Virus record (IMG/VR): IMGVR_UViG_3300045919_000635
Coordinates: 3,186 to 67,185 of that record
DNA: 64,000 nt
DNA from: a virus
Direction: 5' to 3' (one strand)
The position numbers and the translations under genes were made by a program. Positions 57,729 to 64,000 of this stretch are shown one piece after another. The notes under the pieces were generated by a model. It had not been told where the DNA came from and made no database searches. It saw nothing but the letters and a program-made list of their open reading frames with translations. The first letter of the stretch is position 1. Every line of letters begins with the position of its first letter.

Positions 57729-59027
57729 ATGTCTAATTTTGTATTCGTGCTTGACACCAACTTTCAACCATTAAACCCAGTTCCACCGGGACAAGCTAGG
57801 CGATTACTGAAAGCAAAGCAAGCTGCTGTCTATCGTCGTTACCCATTCACAATCATCCTAAAATACGCGGTTCCAAGTCCTGATACAGAACCACACCAAT
57901 TAAAAATAGATCCAGGCTCTAAGACTACTGGATTAGCAATTGTGCAGGGCGAGAAAGTTATCTGGGGTGCAGAATTGACCCACCGTGGGCAACAAATCAA
58001 AAACGATTTAGAGTCACGCCGCGTTATTCGTCGCAGTCGTCGTAACCGCAAAACCCGTTACCGGAAACCAAGATTTCTAAACCGCACTCGCCAAAAAGAT
58101 TGGTTAGCACCAAGCCTTAATTCCAGAGTTGAAAACATCCTAACTTGGGTCAATCGGATAACTCGATATGTGCCGATTACTGGCATATCTCAAGAGTTGG
58201 TTAAATTCGATCTGGCTGCAATGCAGAATCCTGAAATCTCAGGCAAGGAATACCAGCAAGGAGAATTAGCCGGCTACGAAGTCAGGGAGTATTTACTTGA
58301 AAAATGGGGCAGAAAGTGCGCTTATTGCGGTGTTGAAAACGTCCCATTTGAAGTTGAACATATTCGCCCGAAATCAAAGGGAGGAAGTGACAGAATTTCA
58401 AATCTCACGCTTGCTTGTCATGATTGCAATCAAGCAAAAGGGAGTAGAGATGTTAAAGATTTCTTAGCCAAAAAGCCCGATATTTTATCCCGTATCTTGA
58501 GGCAAGCTAAACTTCCACTCAAAGATGCAGCAGCGGTTAATTCAACCCGGTGGGCATTGTTTGAAAGACTAAAACAGACAGGGTATCCAGTAGAAACCGG
58601 GACGGGTGGCAAGACAAAATACAACCGTGTCCGGCTTAACTTACCTAAAGCGCATTGGTTAGATGCTGCCTGCGTAGGGAATGTAGAAAGCCTACAAATT
58701 GTTACCTCTACACCCTTGCTGATTGCTGCTAAGGGGTGGGGGAATCGCCAAATGTGTACAACCAATAAATACGGCTTCCCGATTCGTCATAGAACACGCT
58801 GCAAGACTTTCTTTGGTTTCCAAACTGGTGATATGGCACGGGCAATTCTCCCCACTGGGAAGTTCGCAGGTGTTCATGTTGGCAGATTAACCGTCCGCGA
58901 AAGTGGTGTATTTGAAATGCGTACATTGATTGGTAAAGTTAGTCCGGTACGCCATAAGTACTGCGAATCTATCCATCGTAACGATGGGTACATGTATGCA
59001 TTCCCTACTGACTCAGTGACTATTTGA
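57729..59027 (+). CDS. iscB: IscB RNA-guided endonuclease (RRXRR/HNH), apparently intact
   Basis: PLNP N-terminus, RuvC-I IDPGSKTTG, RRSRRNRKTRYR bridge helix, RuvC-II QELVKFD, HNH EHIRPKSKGGS..NLTLAC..CN, RuvC-III HWLDAAC. Confidence 0.95.
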   Translation: MSNFVFVLDTNFQPLNPVPPGQARRLLKAKQAAVYRRYPFTIILKYAVPSPDTEPHQLKIDPGSKTTGLAIVQGEKVIWGAELTHRGQQIKNDLESRRVIRRSRRNRKTRYRKPRFLNRTRQKDWLAPSLNSRVENILTWVNRITRYVPITGISQELVKFDLAAMQNPEISGKEYQQGELAGYEVREYLLEKWGRKCAYCGVENVPFEVEHIRPKSKGGSDRISNLTLACHDCNQAKGSRDVKDFLAKKPDILSRILRQAKLPLKDAAAVNSTRWALFERLKQTGYPVETGTGGKTKYNRVRLNLPKAHWLDAACVGNVESLQIVTSTPLLIAAKGWGNRQMCTTNKYGFPIRHRTRCKTFFGFQTGDMARAILPTGKFAGVHVGRLTVRESGVFEMRTLIGKVSPVRHKYCESIHRNDGYMYAFPTDSVTI

Positions 59028-59061
59028 ATCGCGATCGCAAACAACTTTATACTCAACACAA

Positions 59062-59355
59062 ATGATACAAGGAAAACTGGAATTAACTATCAAAATTAAC
59101 GAATTGCCCGAAGCTACAACGAACCGCGACGGGTGGTTTGAATTTAAGATCGATTGTGGCGATCGCGTTGCATCCGTATCACTCAAACCAAAAGTATGGC
59201 GGAAGCTAACTGACGCAAACATGGCGTACCCGCCTTGGGTAGCGTCAATCACCGGGAGCTATGCCGATGATACTGACGATGGTTTCATCATCGGTAATCC
59301 TAATGTGCAAGTTTTCGAGAGGAAGCCGAAAGCTGATGCGGGTAAGGAGGGGTAG
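59062..59355 (+). CDS. Conserved cyanobacterial plasmid protein (often labelled 'FinO-like')
   Basis: GKLELTIKINELP...GW..F.+DC..R...+KPKVW.KL......P.WVA.I.G...GF....P..QVFERKPK. Confidence 0.65.
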   Translation: MIQGKLELTIKINELPEATTNRDGWFEFKIDCGDRVASVSLKPKVWRKLTDANMAYPPWVASITGSYADDTDDGFIIGNPNVQVFERKPKADAGKEG

Positions 59356-59394
59356 TGCGATCGCGTTGAAGTGTGGATGCGATCGCATTTCAAA

Positions 59395-59658
59395 TCAAGG
59401 AGAATCGTGATTAAATTCCTTCCCTGTTACCTTGACGTATGGGTCCATCTCCTTGCGAAGCTTCAAGAATCTTGCACGTCTTTCTTCTTTTGTTAGCTTT
59501 TCCGCATTCAAATTAAAGAGCAAGCGATAAAAGAGGAAAGCCCCGCAATAAAAGGCTAGACGCATCTCTTGTATCTGTATTTTTGATGCATTAGGAGGCA
59601 TCAATTGTCTCTCGAATTCTTCCCACTGTTGCTTCAGTGTTGGATGTTTCTTTTTCAC
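59395..59658 (-). CDS. Hypothetical protein, paralog of 61012..61272
   Basis: QWEEFERQLMPPNASKIQIQEMRLAFYCGA. Likely GTG start. Confidence 0.6.
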   Translation of the reverse strand: MKKKHPTLKQQWEEFERQLMPPNASKIQIQEMRLAFYCGAFLFYRLLFNLNAEKLTKEERRARFLKLRKEMDPYVKVTGKEFNHDSP

Positions 59659-59781
59659 AATCCGCGATCGCTTTTGTTCCCGCTTCTGGTAAAATAATTT
59701 TGAACAGCAAAAAACCTCCATATGGTCGTCAAACTTTTGGAGGTTCTGCCTTTCTTTTATGCCTACTTTCGGGGTAAACAT

Positions 59782-60993
59782 ATGACAACTTTAACATTGA
59801 CCCGACCGATTGATCAAGAAATTTCCTCCCCATTTGAAGCCATCCAGCAATTAATCCCCTTATGTACGCCTGTTGAGCGGCTAAAAGTTGCTTCGTCCGC
59901 GTCACTGAGTGCCGGCGAAGAGTTTAGCGAGATAAAGGCTGACTGTGGCAAGCCTAAGAATTTTAAAGAAAAGCTCTCGGAACTGGGGTTAACGCTGAAA
60001 GAAGTTAACAAACATGAGAAGGCTTACCAAAAACTCAATGGGTTTCGGCACTTGATTTTGGGGCTGGGTGCGAGCGCGATGTTTGCGCTAACGGCTCCTC
60101 GGATGGAGCCAGTGCTTCAGCACATAATTGAGGTAAATGAGCCTGTAGATCAAGAGATGTTTGAAGCACTAAAGAAAGAATTAATTCCCGCACCCCAGAA
60201 GAAAGCGAAATTGAATGGCGTAGAGTGGGAGGCTTCCCCAGGCGGTGGCAATAGGAGCCTTCGCATTGCTGGGGCAATTCCAGATTCAGAGAATGCCCGG
60301 TGGCTTAACGAAAAATTCGAGGCGAATAACGGACAGATATACGCCGTCGTCTCCGAGTTTATCCAAACTGAGCATGAGCTACTTTCGCTAAAATCTGAGG
60401 TGGCCGCGATCGCACCCTCTCCCGAAATTGCGATCGCACAAACCACTGCGTCCCTACCCGAAATTGCGATCGCAAACCCTCCCGCGTCCTTACCCTCCGA
60501 TGCGATCGCAACGACTGCTCAATGCCCAATGCCCGATACCCAATGCCCGATACCGACTCTTATTGCGGTTGGCGATCGCGTGGTAGTAACTGAGCAAGAT
60601 AGGGGATATTTCACGCATCAGGGCGTAGTTGTAGCTCCTATAGCCCTCATAGCCACACCAGAGATTAATGCATGGGAGGTGCAGCTTGACGGCTCGTGCG
60701 ATACACTGTTTTTCAAGAGCAATCAGCTTGCGCCATTAACGCTTTTTGACATGGAGCGCCAAGACTCGCCAGTAATTGCCAAAGACTGCGAGCCGATGTC
60801 ATTACTTCAAATCGAAGCAGCTGGCGGTGATATTGAAGAATTCATCGGGTTAGAAGTCTCGGTGCGGACGATGGAGGGCAAGCCAAAGTTTAACGGCATC
60901 CTAGCCAAGTTTGATGAGAAAAACTATTTTGTAAAGGTGACAACCGAGGAGGGCGATCGCATTTGTGACTTGCGGGAAACTTGGGTGAGTTAG
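59782..60993 (+). CDS. Hypothetical protein with HIP1- and heptamer-derived linker and KOW-like domains
   Basis: PEIAIA repeats, caatgccc repeats, and IAVGDRVVV...GVV SH3/KOW-like motif. Confidence 0.6.
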   Translation: MTTLTLTRPIDQEISSPFEAIQQLIPLCTPVERLKVASSASLSAGEEFSEIKADCGKPKNFKEKLSELGLTLKEVNKHEKAYQKLNGFRHLILGLGASAMFALTAPRMEPVLQHIIEVNEPVDQEMFEALKKELIPAPQKKAKLNGVEWEASPGGGNRSLRIAGAIPDSENARWLNEKFEANNGQIYAVVSEFIQTEHELLSLKSEVAAIAPSPEIAIAQTTASLPEIAIANPPASLPSDAIATTAQCPMPDTQCPIPTLIAVGDRVVVTEQDRGYFTHQGVVVAPIALIATPEINAWEVQLDGSCDTLFFKSNQLAPLTLFDMERQDSPVIAKDCEPMSLLQIEAAGGDIEEFIGLEVSVRTMEGKPKFNGILAKFDEKNYFVKVTTEEGDRICDLRETWVS

Positions 60994-61011
60994 CGCGCGA
61001 TCGCACTTCAA

Positions 61012-61272
61012 CTAATGCGATCGCTCTCTAGCCAAATCTTCTCGAGTCGCTGCAACAAATTGTTTCAGTTCGTCTTGCAACTCCAAAATTCCTGCATACC
61101 GTGTCTCGTCGGTAGAATCTTCACTTCCCAATTCATCAACCAAAGAAAAAAAGGAAATGGCACCGGCATAAAAAGCCCGTTGAATTTCTCGTATCTGTAC
61201 TTCAGGTGCGCTGGCTGGAATTGTCCTTTCTTTGAAGTTTTTCCACTGATATGCAACTGTTGAGTTTTTCAC
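61012..61272 (-). CDS. Hypothetical protein, paralog of 59395..59658
   Basis: QWKNFKERTIPASAPEVQIREIQRAFYAGA. Confidence 0.6.
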   Translation of the reverse strand: MKNSTVAYQWKNFKERTIPASAPEVQIREIQRAFYAGAISFFSLVDELGSEDSTDETRYAGILELQDELKQFVAATREDLARERSH

Positions 61273-61685
61273 ATTTTTTATCAGGGTGGGATTTTACCCC
61301 ATTTTAACGATGCCATCCTTAACAAACATCTACCCCACTCACAAGGAAAGCAACAACCAACAACCCAACCAAAAACCCAACCAAAAAATAAGCCCCAAGC
61401 ATGGCAAAATAACTGTAGTTAATCAAAAGATTAAACAGTCGCCGAGTATTTAATTTAGCAGGCATAGCGCACCCTGTTCAGTATTCTTACTTAAATGCTA
61501 TCGCGGTTTTTCTTTCTGCAAAGGGAGGGTTTGACCCTTTTTATGAGGGTGCGATCGCATTACATTTAACGCATTTTTGACTCCGAACATTATGGGGTGC
61601 GATCGCGTGTACCATACAAAAAGGACAATTTACAGGGGCAATATAGCTGTTTTCTGAGGGAATGCTTTTTTGTAGGGCGATCGCT

Positions 61686-61874
61686 ATGAAACGAAAAAAG
61701 GGTTCACGCTGGGAATTCTATTATTTGGGAGAGTGGCGCAGTATTCCGGAGATATCTGCCCTTACGGGAATTAGCACTAGTTGCTTGAGATATCGATTAT
61801 TGAGGGCGAACTATTCGCTTGAGACAGCGGTGTGTGAATATATTCAGGTGCATCCAGAGGACTGGAGTCCGTGA
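61686..61874 (+). CDS. Small HTH protein (NUMOD1/IENR-like)
   Basis: YLGEWRSIPEISALTGISTSCLRYRL...YSLETAV. Confidence 0.55.
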   Translation: MKRKKGSRWEFYYLGEWRSIPEISALTGISTSCLRYRLLRANYSLETAVCEYIQVHPEDWSP

Positions 61875-61930
61875 GATGCGATCGCCCGATCGCACTACAA
61901 CAAAATTGCCCAAGTGTAGGCGCGATCGCA

Positions 61931-62314
61931 CTACCATTCAAATAATTCCAACAACGCAGGTTTTACCCGCACCAAAATCCCTACAGTTTTCTCTTGATTT
62001 CTGACTTTGCGTTGCTTGACAAATACCCCCGAACAACCCACTACAAAGGACGATGAATCGTTCTCTAGATACCCAGCTTGCACCATCGCATCTAGCACAG
62101 AGCCTTGCAAGTTGTCGGCATCGCTACTAAGGAAATTAACAAAAAAGCACTCGACAAAACAGGGCTTGGGGGCACCGGGTAATCTCAGTTTTTTGATGGT
62201 GGCGATCGCATCAAATTTCCACCTCCCATATCTTGGGCAAGTGTGGACAATGCCCGATGAAAACCGAGGTCGCGCTTTACCGATACCCCTACCTTCTAAC
62301 CAAAATTGCTGCAT
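61931..62314 (-). CDS. rusA: RusA-family Holliday junction resolvase
   Basis: GKARPRF......Y..WK...SDADNL.GSVLDAMV.AG.LENDS. Confidence 0.85.
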   Translation of the reverse strand: MQQFWLEGRGIGKARPRFSSGIVHTCPRYGRWKFDAIATIKKLRLPGAPKPCFVECFFVNFLSSDADNLQGSVLDAMVQAGYLENDSSSFVVGCSGVFVKQRKVRNQEKTVGILVRVKPALLELFEW

Positions 62315-62329
62315 ACATAACTATCTACT

Positions 62330-62626
62330 ATGCCCGAAATTATACCTGAATTCGATATCGATGCTGCGATCGCGCAAGACATACCAGGAACGCCACAAAT
62401 TACCACCACCTCACAATTGCAGAAGCAAATTGATTTATGCAGCAGTGGACAAATCACGATTGAAGCTTTCTATATGAGCGTGGTGTTTGACCTGGGGCTG
62501 ATGACATCCGAGGCTTGGGATTACTTGCAACAAAATAACGGCACCCCGTCCCCGGAGATGATACAAAAACTACTTGGCACTATTGCTGGATGGAAAGTTG
62601 TTGATATTAGCAAACTTACCCCTTGA
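62330..62626 (+). CDS. Hypothetical protein
   Basis: 98-aa ORF divergent from rusA. Confidence 0.45.
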   Translation: MPEIIPEFDIDAAIAQDIPGTPQITTTSQLQKQIDLCSSGQITIEAFYMSVVFDLGLMTSEAWDYLQQNNGTPSPEMIQKLLGTIAGWKVVDISKLTP

Positions 62627-62660
62627 CACTACGTTCTCCACTTGTTACTATAGATATAAC
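62623..62660 (+). promoter_or_regulatory. Sigma70 promoter, copy 1
   Basis: TTGACA-17-TACTAT. 28-nt core identical to 63383-63410. Confidence 0.75.
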
Positions 62661-62681
62661 GAGTAAGAGAGAAAGGATTAA

Positions 62682-62903
62682 ATGATATTAAATTCTGATT
62701 GGACGGTTATTAAGTCTTTAGAAAATGGCGGCGAAATTCTTGCGATGGACGATGGCAATATTCGCGTATCTTTTCCAGACGATATCTCAGAAGACATTGT
62801 GCGTGATGCGTTGCGTCACAAAAATATTGAAGTTAGCGACAACGTTGTGTTTGAATCTGGCGAAGCAGAAGGCGAAACAGTAGCGTTCTTCTTGCGGGAA
62901 TAG
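62682..62903 (+). CDS. Small acidic protein
   Basis: AAAGGA RBS, D/E-rich 73 aa. Confidence 0.65.
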   Translation: MILNSDWTVIKSLENGGEILAMDDGNIRVSFPDDISEDIVRDALRHKNIEVSDNVVFESGEAEGETVAFFLRE

Positions 62904-62983
62904 TTTATTTTTCTTGACTGGTTCAGCAGCGCGATCGCATTAATTAAAGTGCGATCGCAACAAAAAGATTCACAAATAATTCA

Positions 62984-63376
62984 ATGTCAAAAACAAACGC
63001 CGAACGGGTCGCCAACTACCGCCAAAGAATAAAAGACGGAGTAGAAATTCCGCGATGTAAGTGCGATCGCCCCCTAAAAGGCAAACTATCCCAACGCCGG
63101 CGAATGTGCCGGACATGTTTTACAAGTAGCCCAGATGGTAAGCACCGGGCATGGTTACGAGTAAACGAGAGACGCCATCGCAGTGTCTTACAAGAATATC
63201 TCAAAGCCTGGGGTAGTTGGAAAATTGGAGATAAAACGACTTCCCCTGATGGCAGCGCGGGGGTTGTGGATGCGATCGCACTTTACGTCAATGGGAGCGT
63301 AACGGCTGAGGTGCAATTTGAGGGTGATTCTGAGTCATTTTTAATTTCTTCCATCAATCCACTAATTAGCTATTGA
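62984..63376 (+). CDS. Zinc-finger protein
   Basis: TNAERVANYRQR..., CKC...CRTC. Confidence 0.6.
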   Translation: MSKTNAERVANYRQRIKDGVEIPRCKCDRPLKGKLSQRRRMCRTCFTSSPDGKHRAWLRVNERRHRSVLQEYLKAWGSWKIGDKTTSPDGSAGVVDAIALYVNGSVTAEVQFEGDSESFLISSINPLISY

Positions 63377-63410
63377 CGCTGTGTTCTCCACTTGTTACTA
63401 TAGATATAAC
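63373..63410 (+). promoter_or_regulatory. Sigma70 promoter, copy 2
   Basis: TTGACG-17-TACTAT. Confidence 0.7.
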
Positions 63411-63428
63411 AAGCAAAGAGAAACGACA

Positions 63429-63791
63429 ATGACACAGTTACAAATTACCAAAAAGACCAAAAAGACTTTATATATTACCATTACTGGTAAAACAACAAAA
63501 AAACAAACTAACTATATTGTCAAGGACTGGGCATCAGTAAACGACGCGATTTCCTGCCTTCACGACAGAAACGACATCAAGCTTTTATTAGACGCTTCTG
63601 TAGGCATCCTGAGCGCGGCTGATATAACTAGCTTAACTTCTCACTACTTTCCTACAGTCAAACAAATAAGGGTCAGTAAAAAGAAAGCAAGCGATCGCCA
63701 AAAATGGTTTGATGATAACGCTCGTCAGCTTGATGCCATGACCGAACACATGGTTAATCATCCTGGTTTCATGACAAACAAGCCTTTTTAG
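63429..63791 (+). CDS. Basic hypothetical protein
   Basis: MTQLQITKKTKK..., downstream of promoter copy 2. Confidence 0.6.
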   Translation: MTQLQITKKTKKTLYITITGKTTKKQTNYIVKDWASVNDAISCLHDRNDIKLLLDASVGILSAADITSLTSHYFPTVKQIRVSKKKASDRQKWFDDNARQLDAMTEHMVNHPGFMTNKPF

Positions 63792-63816
63792 AGGTAAGGC
63801 GATCGCAGTCAATTTT

Positions 63817-63859
63817 GAACCACCCAGGCTTTGAGGTAGTTTGGGTGGTTCTTTTTTTT
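63817..63859 (+). terminator. Intrinsic terminator
   Basis: gaaccaccca...tgggtggttc followed by a T8 tract. Confidence 0.8.
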
Positions 63860-64000
63860 GAGCATCAATCAGACAGCAGCAACGCGATCGCCTACTCATG
63901 CCAATGCCCAAGCTCGATAGGTACGAACTATCAAATCTGGGCATCGGGCAAATCTAACGCCAAAAATAAAGCCAAATCTTAGATAATTTTATCACTGTTG

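Larger units (their letters stand above)
1..64000. mobile_element. Temperate cyanophage / phage-plasmid genome (possibly incomplete)
   Basis: Terminase, portal, major capsid, tail-like, lysis and replication genes with no host housekeeping genes. HIP1 octamer is very abundant, indicating a cyanobacterial host. Confidence 0.9.

Overview
The window reads as most of the genome of a temperate cyanophage or phage-plasmid. The host is probably a filamentous cyanobacterium, judging by very dense HIP1 (GCGATCGC) sites, SDR-like micro-repeats and heptamer repeats. Modules in order: (i) a recombination/replication operon (Gp3-like protein, GIY-YIG nuclease, initiator with internal iteron-like repeats, fused C5+N6 DNA methyltransferase; 0.7-10.6 kb); (ii) an IscB remnant, a Cro-like HTH, the small terminase and a large terminase with two inteins (11.7-17.4 kb); (iii) a minus-strand head module with portal, scaffold, N4-gp56-like capsid and Q/A/S-rich putative ejection proteins (20-32.5 kb); (iv) tail/receptor-binding genes including a GH74-like glycosidase (34-43.7 kb); (v) IS605 debris and a lysis cassette containing an FHA protein (44-48.7 kb); (vi) a putative anti-defence operon with a Csx3/Crn3 ring nuclease and a NUDIX hydrolase (49-52 kb); (vii) an FtsK/TraB-like ATPase operon with small membrane proteins (52.4-57 kb); (viii) an intact IscB with omega/HEARO RNA, RusA and small genes with duplicated promoters (57.5-64 kb). 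I recognised no integrase, ParA, tape measure, sheath, tRNA or CRISPR array. The most notable signals are HIP1-anchored gene-cassette duplications (including re-coded copies of the terL 3' end), a phage-borne Csx3 possibly frameshift-fused to NUDIX, and a TraB/Spd-like module. All calls come from reading motifs by eye; no database searches were run.
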